Below are positions 1 to 11,783 of a stretch of 64,000 bases of DNA, in pieces. Under the pieces are notes generated by a model. The model was not told where the DNA came from. It searched no databases and saw only the letters and a list, made by a program, of their open reading frames with translations. The DNA comes from Hyphochytrium catenoides (Eukaryota; Protista; Hyphochytriomycota), in assembly GCA_900088475.1 (NCBI GenBank), contig FLMG01001379.1, forward strand, positions 1-64,000, given 5' to 3'. Every line of letters begins with the position of its first letter. Position 1 is the stretch's first letter. The position numbers and the translations under genes were made by a program.

Positions 1-849
1 AAGCAAGATGATGGTTGCTGCATCATTGACCACGTCACTCTTGGCCAGCACTCGGCTACGTCGTAACTCTTGTTCTTCCATTCTCTTCCTGCTCCTTTTG
101 ATGCACTTCAAAGCGCTTGACCGCTCGACCTCGTGGCCCTGATCCTCTCCTTGAGTTACGACGAGGTGCTGGTCACCGATTGGTGACGAGGGCAGTCTTC
201 TTGACCTGTGTAACAATGGAGAGCAGGCTGTCTTCGCTGCTCCTATCACTCCATAACAGACAGCTGCAGGTTGCCGCTATTAAATTTGAAGGCTGCCTTG
301 TTCCCTGGGTTACCTCACCTATATTACTGTCAGTGCTCCCGATCCTGTTCCCTCATTTGTTTAAGTCTTCGCGGTACCGTCCACAGGTGATGCCTTCTCA
401 CTATAATTTAGTGTACCTTCACTCCCCACTCTGTCTCTTTGCTCCGGTGAGCCGACGTCTTCATAGGTGGGTCTTCCCGTGATCTAAGAGCCCTTCTTGC
501 GTTTGCAATCCCTTGTCGTGGTGGAGTTTCCACGCAGTCGATTGCGTCGTCCTTGATGGCTCCTTAGACCATGTTTCCAAGCTGATCTGACACTCAAGGG
601 CGACTGGCCAGAAATTTCTTAAGGTTATGTAGTTCTAGTTCGCTGTTTGCTGTCCCACTACTTCTTACCATTGTGATCCTCCTCTGTCCCAACGAAAGCT
701 AATAACATCCCGGTCTCGCCAGCTCTTCTGTGTACTCGTACTAGCGTTTTCTCTTATCTTCCTACCTTGACCTTGGTGCCTGTTGAAGGTAACTGGATTC
801 TGATGCCATTGTCTGTGTCCTTTGGCCTGAGACTTAACGACCAGCAGTG

Positions 850-2200
850 CGTACCTTTGTCCAAGAGATGGTGCAGCACAAGGCATGCAAGGGACAGACA
901 GGACGGAAAGAGGTGGAGGAGCAGACCACTGGCGCTGCTACAAGGAGAAAGAGCACCCTGTCGCACAAAGGCGAAGCGTCATGCCATGGAGGATCATGGC
1001 CACTCTACCCAGCGCTTTCCTTCTATCTCTATTCATCCCCTCTGTCTCCGCCTTTGTCAAACGCTTGTCCTCGCTCCTTCAACTGCATCCTTTCTCCTTT
1101 ACCTCTCTTCCCCAAACTTCCAATCTCCCTTTCTCTCTTTCTCCCTGACGATGACGCATCTCCCTTCTTCTCCTGCTGAGAGTCCGCCGTGCCGACGGCC
1201 CCAAGAAGAAGCTATTACTACTGTGAGAAGTAGAGTTCTATGATGACTGCAGCTCAAGCCCATTCCCAAGCCCTGTCCAAAGTTAAGGCTAGAGGCCAAT
1301 GCATCTTCAAGGACATCTACGAGGGCACCAGCTTCCCTCCAGAATTGGAGGAGATTAACTTTGGGCTCTCCCATATCTTACATAGTTAAGATAGGGTGGC
1401 TTTCTTCGCAGAGAAGGATATCTTGGGCTCCTCAATCCATAAACTCGGTAGAGAGCTAAATTCGGTGACGTCTTTCAATCAGTAGTGGACGAGGAGGTGT
1501 AAGATCGGGTCCTATGAGAAGGATGCACTGACAACTGTCCGTCTTTGTAGGTTGTTATTGGAGACAATAATGATCACGGGCGGAATACTCTTAGGAACAG
1601 GAGCCTTCTTCAACTGTTGAATCACCACTCCTCTCACTTCAATGCTCAAAATTCCTGGCATTGCAAGATTGAAAGCTTCCCCTTCAAGACATGAGGTAGT
1701 GAAACTATAACGATGCAAAATCTTCACTGGATTGAAATGTTTCCAATGCGAAACGACATATTTATCTTGCGCCATCATTCCGCAACTACTCTGTAAGATC
1801 TCCCTAGGTAGAACTAGGGCTCATTGGGCCAGAGGCTGGCGAACAAGGTTGCACCGCAGCACACAGCATTCTTCTTTATCTCTTCAGCCTTGTTCTGCTG
1901 CCATGTCTCCTTCGGAAGCGCTTGTCTCACTCGGTCACCCTGCACTATTATTGGCCCTGTGGCAAGTGGAACGGCTGCTATCCAATGTTACATCTCTCCA
2001 TCATAGCATCATCAGATGGTGCCCTGTCCTCTAAAGATACCTCCCTCCCTCCTGTGCCGTCTTTCTCCTGCAAAGAGGGCTGACGATGATGGAGGAGTTC
2101 TGATTGTTGTGTCTGCTATGTGTGCAATTCTGTGACGGTAAGGCTTTGCAAGTTCTACAGAGTCAAAAGGGTGAGACTGCCAAAGAAATAACATCGAGGA
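850..2200 (-). mobile_element. Possible highly degenerate non-LTR retrotransposon (LINE) remnant
   Basis: Stop-interrupted minus-strand frames give motif-like fragments: FQSCNARNF ... DHYCLQ* near 1560-1690 (like APE endonuclease SWNVRG / DIICLQE) and FRPVCPLHAL near 880-910 (like RT YRPISLL). There is no intact ORF and the spacing is shorter than in a full LINE. Confidence 0.2.
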
Positions 2201-3183
2201 ATTTGGTACAGATAACCTTTTATAAACCTAGCGTACCTCTATCTTTGTTCGAAGCACCAGAATCCATCAGGAAGTAGCCTTGAAGCGAACCTCATCTGTC
2301 TCTCGTCTTCCAACACTCCTTTCGCTTGTCCTCCTCCGTCCCTTTCGTTTCCTTGGTCGCACTCTAACTCCCGCTAGCCTCTATAATCCCCTTTCTCAAC
2401 TCAGCCTACCCTACACGCACTTACAAGCTTCCTTGAAAGGTCATTGTCCTCGCAGTCGCCCAGTCTCTCCCTTTTGATATGTCTTCTTCTGCTTTCGATA
2501 TCTTTCTCTGATTATCATGGAGTCCCTCTTTCTTTCCCTCTTGATCTGTGGCATGACCAGCTGGTGCCCTCGGCACGTCAACTATGTGGCGATAAGCTTA
2601 CATGTTATCTCTCATGCTTTTCCTTGTACCTATGACTACAATTTGATTTGTCTTGCTATCTTCTCCTGTCTCGCTATACTATCGAGGATAACATCCTCTG
2701 ACGTCTTTAGCGTTTATTTATCATGGCGTGAAGCAGCCTTGGTGAATAGCTGTAGTTGGGACATCTGAGGCTGACGAGTCATCAGTCATCTAGCCAGCCA
2801 TCCCCTTTCATTCCTTTGCATGTCACTCATCGTACACAGACATCATCGGCTAGCACTCTCTACGTGCTCTTTCTTTCTCAACATGCCCTGGGGTTCTGAA
2901 GATTTTATCCTGTCATCCTCGGTGATCTCCAGATTCCGATGACGCGTCGTCGTCTATGTATTCTGATCCCTCCTGGTCCCATCCTTTCTTCTCGACGTCA
3001 TGCGGGCATCGAGCGGCCGTGAAGCCAGGGACTCGGGCTGAAGGGAGTCCTTGTGCTCAGTTCCCAGCGTTCAGGTTTCTCATAAATCAATTTCCCCAGT
3101 GGAATTAACTCCAGGCAGCTTTTTCCGACCTGGCATAAGAGAGACTCAGCGTTCTCAAAGCCCAAGCGAACCTAGAAGGTAGA

Positions 3184-4806
3184 ATGATCCATCCAGTGCG
3201 TCATCAACGGCATTATTCAGCCTTCTTGGGCATATTGCTCTGGAGCTACGCCGCACTTGCCCTAAACCAAGGCGTCACCTATGCAGAAGAGTTGGGCGAG
3301 GACATCCGAAGACTAGAACCAACTCGCTTCCGTAATGTGAAGATCCCTGCTACGAACAATGTCTTTCTTGATGGCAACGTGATCGAACCTCGCTTTGGTA
3401 CCAAGAACCCTGCAATTGTCTTTATCAGTAGCTGGGGACTTAACGACAAGGAGTACCTCGCCCAAGCCGCCAAGCTGGCAGATGACGGCTATACTGTTCT
3501 TTCATACACTGCAAGAGGCTTCTGGGGCTCTGGGGATGCAATCGACACAGGGGGCCCTCTAGACATCGCTGACGCTACCTCTGCCATTGACTGGCTTTTG
3601 AAGAACACCCAGGCAGATCCTGACCGCATTGGCTTTGCTGGGGTATCGTATGGTGCAGGAATCAGCCTTATCGCATCTGCTTTTGACAAGAGGATCAAGG
3701 CCGTAGCTGCCCTCAGTGGCTGGACCGACCTTGTTGAGTCTCTCTATGGAGAAGGAACTCGCAGACCTCAGGCGGCATTCCTTCTACAGGCCGTAGGAGC
3801 GGTGGTCGGGAAGCTAAGCCCAGGACTTCGGGAAACGCTGGATAACTACTTCGGCAACAAGAACGTCGACAAAGTTATTGCCTATGGTAAAGTTCGTTCT
3901 GCCGCGACCTACATCGACGCCATCAACCGCAACAAACCTGCCATCTTTCTCTCTAACTCCTTTGGGGACAGTCTCTTCCCGCCGAACCAGTTGGTGGAAT
4001 TTTTCCAGAAATATGACGGACCCAAGCGTCTGGAGTTCGCTCCTGGTGACCATATCGTGGTCGAAGCGACCGGGCTTATCGGTCTGCCAAATCAAGTATG
4101 GACCAATACTATCAGGTGGCTTGACCGCTATGTTGCTGGCAAGCTAAATGGCATTGAGAAGGAAGGCCCGATCTTTCTTCGAACGATCAGTGGAGAAAAG
4201 GCTGATTTTTATGCTACATGGGGCGACGTGGCCCCTTCCACTGCCCGCCTTGGACTTCAAGATATCAACCTGCTGACGGGTACTGGGAAAATGGGAGGCT
4301 CTCCAAGCAAGGGTTGGACGCAACAGATTCTGACAGGCATTGGCACAACCGCAGACGGTGGTGTTGCCCTTCTTACCAACGGCCTCGCAGCGCTTATCAA
4401 AGTCTATCCAATGCTCTGGCTGCCTTCTGTCGATAGACTCCGTGGCGCTGTGTGGGTGACTGACGAATTTAGTTCTGAACAGCGAATCAGAGGAATTAGC
4501 ACCCTCCACCTGACTATCCGGCCGTCCAAGCCAACTGGCACTATTGTCGCGTACATGCTCGATGTCGACAATGGAACAGGCAAATTGTTCAATTTCATCC
4601 CTTATTCCTGGAAGGGAGCTACTCCAGGCAAGGATCTCAGCATTGACGTTCGATTCTCTGCCACGGCGTATGACCTCCCTCGCGGCCGCCGCCTTGCACT
4701 TATTGTTGACTCAAAGGATTCCCTCTTCTCGGATGAGAATGGCTTTAATGACGCCATCATCATTGCTGGCGAGTCCTGGCTTGACCTCTCTCTCAACAAC
4801 AAGTAG
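3184..4806 (+). CDS. Secreted CocE/NonD-family (peptidase S15-like) alpha/beta hydrolase, intronless
   Basis: 540-aa single ORF with a hydrophobic N-terminal signal (SAFLGILLWSYAALA), GYTVLSYTARGFWGSG, nucleophile elbow RIGFAGVSYGAG, candidate catalytic Asp (GDSLF) and His (PGDH), and a C-terminal beta-rich domain with TAYDLPRGRRLALIV. Confidence 0.9.
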   Translation: MIHPVRHQRHYSAFLGILLWSYAALALNQGVTYAEELGEDIRRLEPTRFRNVKIPATNNVFLDGNVIEPRFGTKNPAIVFISSWGLNDKEYLAQAAKLADDGYTVLSYTARGFWGSGDAIDTGGPLDIADATSAIDWLLKNTQADPDRIGFAGVSYGAGISLIASAFDKRIKAVAALSGWTDLVESLYGEGTRRPQAAFLLQAVGAVVGKLSPGLRETLDNYFGNKNVDKVIAYGKVRSAATYIDAINRNKPAIFLSNSFGDSLFPPNQLVEFFQKYDGPKRLEFAPGDHIVVEATGLIGLPNQVWTNTIRWLDRYVAGKLNGIEKEGPIFLRTISGEKADFYATWGDVAPSTARLGLQDINLLTGTGKMGGSPSKGWTQQILTGIGTTADGGVALLTNGLAALIKVYPMLWLPSVDRLRGAVWVTDEFSSEQRIRGISTLHLTIRPSKPTGTIVAYMLDVDNGTGKLFNFIPYSWKGATPGKDLSIDVRFSATAYDLPRGRRLALIVDSKDSLFSDENGFNDAIIIAGESWLDLSLNNK

Positions 4807-5650
4807 AGAGGAAAGGTCGATGCACTGCGCCATTTTTGGTCCTCTTTGTCCCTAGCAGTCCGTATGAGCCGTCCCAATCTCGTAGACTTCAGTCGTTGGA
4901 GAATTTGTCAAGTTTGTGCGCCACTTGTTTGATGTGGCCATAACTAGCTAATAACATGATATCTTTGAAGGAACTCTTCTGTATCGACATGGCAGCAAAG
5001 GCCCGTAGTTTATGGCTCACTATTCTAAAGCTTTAAACCTTCCGTCTGATGATCCTCCGCCAACAATAGCTCTCCGTCATCTCATCAGTCGGTCGCATCT
5101 TCCTCATAACCTTTCGTAGATTTTTCGTAGAGCGGCTGTTACCAATCAGAGGCGTATGTAGCTTCAGCAGTAATCACAAGCCAGGTGTGAGGAGTTATCA
5201 TGTTATTGATTTTTCTCTGTAAGCATGGATTCCCTATGGAACCATTTGTAGAGCCTGACGTGGGGGTGGGCAGGCGGCAACAGACGTGACCCTTCCAAGT
5301 CTCTCTCGTCCCACCCACGCACTCAGAACATCAACAGGGACCCCTGTCTCCCCTGTCTCCCCGCACCTTAAATAACAAAGAAGCCCCCCTTCTCTCTCCT
5401 CGTTCTGGTCCCAGCCAGGATCTTTCGATGATCGCTTGAAGGCCCTGAATGAGGTTGAAGTCAGTCTTTCAGCTGCTGCTAGGAAAAGTACCTCCTCCCT
5501 CTCCCTTCCCATTGATCTCACATCCTCTTGTGCTGCAGCCACGCTAGTCACTCGTGCACTGGCACTCTCGGAAGCACTACTCGGAAGCACTACATCGTGT
5601 ACCAACACCCACCACGAAATACCTCTGCCCACGTAAATCCGACCAGAAGG

Positions 5651-8138
5651 ATGCCGCGTGACGAGGCTTACCGCCAACTTGAGGAGTTCAGGAAGCTCCA
5701 GCCGGTAAGTGAGATTAGACACCTCTCAGCGTTTCGAAGCAAATGAACTGATTAGTTCTTGATGCATCCTAGAATCCTCCCCCTGCCACAACGAGCAATG
5801 GCGCTCCGGTTGAGGTCAATGGCCTTACAGCTTCCCGCACCGCTGGGGAGCAGGGTCCCATTGTGCTTCAGGTACTTGCCGAGAAGGCTATCTAATCTGC
5901 ACAAGTTCTGGTTGCTGATCTCCCTTCTCTTGCTTGATGATGTAAAGGACTTCGCACTGCTTGACCATATGGCACACTTCGACCGTGAGAGGATCCCAGA
6001 GCGTGTTGTTCATGCCAAGGGAGCCGGCGCCTTTGGCTACTTTGAGACCACAACCACCAATGCTTCCAAGTACTGTCGTGCCAAACTCTTTTCCCACGTG
6101 GGAAAGCGCACTCCAGTCGCCGTGAGATTTTCTACGGTCGGTGGGGAGAGTGGTAGCGCTGACACTGCTCGTGATCCTCGTGGGTTTGCCATCAAGTTCT
6201 ACACAGAGGAGGTAAGCTTGAGTTGTAGTTCCGGCGATATGTTTGATTCTCACCTGAATGCAATGGTTGCATTACAGGGTAACTGGGACCTTGTTGGGAA
6301 CAATACCCCCATTTTCTTCATTAGGGACCCTATCCTCTTCCCGAGGTAAGTCTTAGGCTCCTGAGCACATCACATCGAAGAAAGCTTTCGTTCACACACC
6401 CTCCTTCCAGCTTCATCCACACCCAAAAGCGTAACCCGCGGACGCACCTTAAGGACCCGGATATGTTCTGGGATTTCATTTCTCTGCGACCGGAGACGAC
6501 TCATCAAGTGAGCTTCCTCTTCTCGGACAGGGGAACTCCAGATGGGTACCGACATATGAACGGGTATGGCAGCCATACGTTCAAGAACGTTAACGCCAAT
6601 GGAGAGTATTGCTGGGTCAAATACCACTTCAAGACCGACCAGGGTATCCGCAACCTGATGGTAGGTGGGCAGTAAATTGATACGATAGACTATCATGAAG
6701 CCGGATGGAGAAGAGCTGCAGACAGTACGGAGCTATGCCGCTAAACTCTTTGCCCCCAATGACTGAGGCAGTTGGCATGCGGTGCTTGTATAGGAGAATG
6801 GGAGATAGGAGAATTCCCAAAATATAGACAGCAGCTGTGGTCCTGGCCGAGCTCTGACCATTGACATCCTAGATCGAAGAAGCAGAGAAGTTGGCGGGAG
6901 AGAATCCAGACTATGCCACTCAGGATTTGTACACGGCCATTCAAAGAGGAGAATTCCCCTCTTGGACTGTGTACATGCAGGTCATGACTCCGGAGCAGGC
7001 CAACAACTGCAGTTTCAATCCCTTCGACCTTACCAAGGTCTGGCCTCATAGCCAGTATCCTCTCATTGAGATCGGAAGGATGGTGCTCAACAAAAATCCC
7101 ATGAACTACTTCGCTGAGGTGGAGCAGATTGCCTTCTCACCGTCACATATGGTACCTGGAGTAGAGCCCTCCCCTGACAAGATGTTGCAGGTGCGGCCAC
7201 AGCACAGTCGGACTTATTCTTATAGGCGGCATAGCTGACTTTTTCTTCTTTTGTTTACCCACACTATCCAGGCGCGCCTCTTCTCGTATCCTGACACTCA
7301 TCGGCATCGCCTGGGCACCAACTACCAACAGATCCCGGTGAACCGTCCTTTGGTACCGGTCAGCAACTATCAGATGGACGGACCTATGGCCATCAATGTA
7401 CATAATGGGGCCCCGAACTATTTCCCAAACAGCTTCAGCGGCCCGGTAGAGGTGCCCGCTGCTGCTGAACACAGATTCAAGGTAACCTTTAGCGTTTAGC
7501 GATACCGGCGACACTGGAGCTACTGCTGTCATGTCGCTGTTCTCCCATGCTATGCTACGTGTGCTCTCCTTTCATTGCTGTTCTCTGGTAGAGTTCTCCT
7601 CGGACGTTGAAATGTTGATCCTAGTGCTTTTTTTCTTTCTTTTAGTTTTCTTGGGATGGGGGTTGGGGGGAGCGGTGGACGGGAGTTGTATCAAGCTGGC
7701 TTCAGACATATCCTTCTCTAGCTAAATGAGTGGCGTCTCACACGGTTCTTGTTCCTCTGTAGGTTTCAGGCGAGGTCGCCAAGTTCTCAACGAAGGATGA
7801 CGACAACTACTCGCAAGTGGGTGTCTTCTATAGAAAGGTGCTCAATGAGCAGGAGAGGACTCGTCTTGTAGACCACATCGCCGGAAGCCTGGTTAACGCG
7901 CAAGAGTTTATCCAGAAGAGAGTCGTAAGGAATTATCATGTTTCACTTCGCCGTCCCAACCATGCTGACTAAATGCCCCCATTATATGCAGATTGCGAAC
8001 TTTGCTCTTGCGGATGCTGATTATGGACGGCGTATCGCAGACAGGATCAAGGACATCGCGAACACCAAGCCTACTCACAAAGCAATCAAAAAGACCGCGC
8101 CTCTTAATCCTCCCCGACAAGTGAAAGCTGCACTTTAA
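5651..8138 (+). CDS. CAT: Monofunctional heme catalase (small-subunit, clade 3-like), multi-exon
   Basis: Spliced exons give [17 protein letters not shown] (distal His), [56 protein letters not shown] and [15 protein letters not shown] (proximal Tyr). ATG at 5651, first intron gtaagt at 5705, ends QVKAAL*. Confidence 0.97.
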
Positions 8139-8464
8139 AGCTCGTTGGCTTCAACAGCCGGTTTAGAGGAAGAGGGATAAGCAGGTTGAAGGCGACAAGA
8201 CATCGGCATTTTAACAATATAATGAGTTAACGTGACTCTTACTATTCCTTGATACTTCTTAATCTATATTGTCTCACATCCTGAACAAAATGCCGCTTGC
8301 CACGTGCCTTGCCTCTCCAGTTTCCGTCAAGTCTACGGTTATTCAAAGTTCGACGCTCGACGGTAGCATCCCTACTCACACATCCGCCAAAATTGAGAGA
8401 ACGGTCTCTGCAAAATGACCCGAGATCCGTTAAAAGTCTTAAATTCCAAATTTGTTTATGTCTC

Positions 8465-10668
8465 TTATGTTTCATAAACTCCCCGTGCAGCGTCTCGGTT
8501 ATCCCTGAGCGTTCTCAGGCCTTTGCTTCGCTGCTTTCTGGCGCTTGAACTCTTAGCATTGTGTACTTTCTTCTCCCGCTCAGCAGAGTAATGCTCAGCC
8601 GTCACCATGTTGTCCTCACTGACGAGGATATCTTGGATCAGCGGGTTATTTACAAAGTGTTCCTGAAAGGCTCCCTGCAGAACACTCTTCAGCGCGTTGT
8701 ACTGCTTCACTTCTGCCCACTTGTGGAGGATCACGTTCAGGCCTCGCATTTGTATGTCTACCGTGGGCGCAATGTTGTCTGTCAAGGTTTTTGCAATGAC
8801 CCGGCAAGCGGCCCTGAGATTCTTCTTTCCCTTCTTTGAAACCTTCTTACTGCTTTCTTGAGAAAGCTCCTTGATTTTATAAGTCATATGTTAGATGTGA
8901 ATAGGCTGGATGGTGGCAAGGCAGAAGTTGTTACGAGAATGGTGCTTAACGGAGAACGTGACATCACAGCTGCTCCACTATCCTGGGCCCGAAAGCCCTG
9001 AAAACAGTGTGACACAGACAAACTGCAGTGCGATGCAAGAAAAGACAGGGACTAGGAAGACTGACTCACCTGAATTCTATCAAGGACACCCCCAAAGGGC
9101 GATTCTGGCGGCTCATCAAAAATGCTCCAATGCTCGTCCAGTTCATGCATCATCTCAGCTGCAGGGCACAAACAGAAGCAAGCATATCTTTCAGCCCAAC
9201 ATCAAACCTAAGAAACCCTTAGCGGCGGCTAACCGAGAATAGACTATACAAAACACAAGAGCTCGTGAGTAAACGGTTGATGTCTTACCGATAAGGGCAA
9301 AGTTTTCTCCACACGAGATCCGAAGATCGATGTTGGGATGGTCCAGCACAGTCTTCATGGCTAGTAGCTGACTGCCAAAATCTTCTTCGGAGTCCATGGC
9401 ATTTTCGACCACTCTTTCGGAAGCAAGAGAAGTGATCAGTAGACCCCACATCTCCAACGCAGTGAAGGCAGACTCCTCCGCAGCCTTTTTGAACAGAGGG
9501 GTTAGCCGTGAGTAAGCTTTGTTTCATCTAACTTTGCTATAACATCTGCCGTACGTTTGGTAGTCTGAACGAGAATAATTTTTCACAGAGAGACAGGACT
9601 TCCGTAGTATCTTGGTCGTCGGTAGAGCACACGAAGCACCCGACGGCGAGGGCCTCTAAAGCAGCCGCGCGCACCGCATCAGCCTTCGCGGTTTGGATTG
9701 TCTTCATAAGAGTAGGTTGGATGTCTAGGAAACCGTAGGCCGTTAGAACGAGACCGCTAGTGTAAATGTGAGCTTAAAGAATAAGAGACAGACGAAGGGA
9801 CGCGAAGAAGAGGAGACGCTTTATATGCTAAGGCTATCCATCCACCCGGTCCATTAGGCGCTTACCCTGATAGTAGTTGTCCTCATCTGCTCCAAGAGTG
9901 ACGCACATCAACGCAAGTGCCCTACAGGCCAGTACGCACTCTCCGGGGGTGTTTTTCTTTCTTAGAACATTAAGAATCTCCGAAGTGAGCTCCCCTGATG
10001 TACGTAGAGCCTTAGTTAGCGTTACGTTGACCAACGGTAGAGCATTTTCAGTCTGATAACCTACCTCTCATGGAAAATGCGAGCTCCGAGCAGACCTTGG
10101 ACGACAAAGTCTCATTTATCTGCACGAATCAGTTGAGGGATTAGCTAGTGTCAGCGAAAGAGGTCCAAAATATGCCGAAGAGCGTAAGGCAGGACTATCG
10201 ATAGACCAAAAAGTAACCTTAATCAGTGCAGATGATAGCTAGCGGTGAAAGCAGACAGCGGATAGTGACTGTGTTACCAGCTCAAGAGCATCGACCCGTA
10301 GGTTAGCCTTCTTTTCTGTGATTAGCTCCATGGAATGGTCCAACTTATTCTTGGCGTCTTCGTAGTCTGTTTCTGACTGCAGCAGCCCAGAGTTACCGAG
10401 AACATTGTCAATATTAGTGGTTCTCTAGGGAAGTTGAATGAAGGCAGAGCCTTACCATACTGCTAGTATATGACTTCTTCTGGTGTGATCTGGAAGGCAT
10501 TACTATTTGCTCCTCGAAGTCCGGATTTGTCCCCAAATCACGGTCATTTAGAGGCTCTTCGGAATCGGAGTCGTCCAGTTCCAGACTCCACCTTAGTAGC
10601 GATCTCCCGCTTTCTGAAAGCTTGCGCCGGTATGCCAGCCTTCTTGTCTCTTCCTCTTGCAGCGACAT
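8465..10668 (-). CDS. IFRD: Interferon-related developmental regulator (IFRD1/2) family protein, multi-exon
   Basis: Exons translate to NKLDHSMELITEKKANLR, LACRALALMCVTLG, WGLLITSL, VLDHPNIDLRISCGENFAL and the C-terminal ELSQESSKKVSKKGKKNLRAACR...WAEVKQYNALKSVLQGAFQEHFVNNPLIQDIL...KSSSARKQRSK, matching the IFRD and IFRD_C patterns. Confidence 0.85.
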
Positions 10669-10718
10669 GTTTACACTAAAGATTCTAGGCTGAGAAAGTC
10701 CTTATCTATTCTAGATGT

Positions 10719-11043
10719 GTTGACCTGCAACCTCTTCAGCAGTTGGCAAATGACAAAGTGACTAACGCTTCGGTCGGGCCCAACACTCTTGTCGAAGCTT
10801 GTCGAACAGAGGTCAATTATCCCTCTTCTTTGACCTTCGGTGACTAAAGAGGCGCGAATAGCGTTGTGGACTTCTGCAGATACCGTTGACCTGCAGCCTC
10901 TTCAGCAGTTGGCAGTTGTCGTGTGACCAACGCCTCGGTCGGGCCCAACACTCCTGTCGAAGCTTGTCGAACAGAGGTCAATTATCCCTCTTCTATGACC
11001 TTCGGTGACCGACGAGGAGCGAATAGCGTTGTGGACTTCAGCA
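10719..11043. repeat. Two-copy tandem duplication, period about 166 bp
   Basis: gttgacctgca(a/g)cctcttcagcagttggca ... gcgaatagcgttgtggacttc starts at 10719 and again at 10885, with scattered substitutions and one indel. Confidence 0.97.
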
Positions 11044-11783
11044 ATCACCAGAAACCAGCAAGACACTCTCCGTACTAAACTTTCCGATGGCCGTCAATAG
11101 GCCTCGCTATGACTTTGTCTTTCTCGGATGAAGACTGAAAGGAAGGATGGGATGAGTCCAGAGCAGCGGCGAGGACGACAACGAAGTGCGAATAGTCTGC
11201 AGTTCGCTCTTCGCCTCACATCATTGCCCTTTCGTGCTTCCTCTGCTCTCTGTCACCCCACCGACGGAGCGCCGCTGACTTGTCAAATTTGGCTTTCTAA
11301 ATCCCCGCCTTGCCACCTATCCTACATAACCTAACTTAAACCTTAGCCGCTATGACCATTATAATTGCGCCTTTTCCTCCACTAAAACTCGTTCAAATTC
11401 CGCCTTGAAACCAGGTTGTTGTACAAGTACATATTTTAGTCCGTACTCGCCATTTTACAGGTTGAAAATTCAGAATTGTACCAAGTAAGGCAAAATATAC
11501 GAATTCGGATGGCATCAGGATGGATGGGCGAGACTCCCACGAGCTCATACAGTACTTGGTCTTATTATTGCAGGCCTACCCATTGCTGGCGACTTGCCGT
11601 TAGCAGCACTTTTATTGCCGATTGTGGTTCGGAGATGCTGCTGGTGGAGATCGACTTGAGGATGACAGAAAGATGCCAGGGAACTGTAGCCGCTATGGCA
11701 GAGATATTTCCAAGTGGGTTCGCATCGGTCAGCACTGTATAAAGCCCAGGAGATGAGGATATATTGAACGCACTGGGCAGATC

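Noticed and set aside
10719-11043. Tandem repeat as glycine riboswitch, hammerhead ribozyme, CRISPR array or selenoprotein ORF
   Set aside because: CACCGAAGG is present but not the CUCUCAGG glycine motif. CUGAAGAG has no matching stem II-GAAA. There are only two long units without spacers. Substitutions between copies are mostly non-synonymous and there is no ATG.
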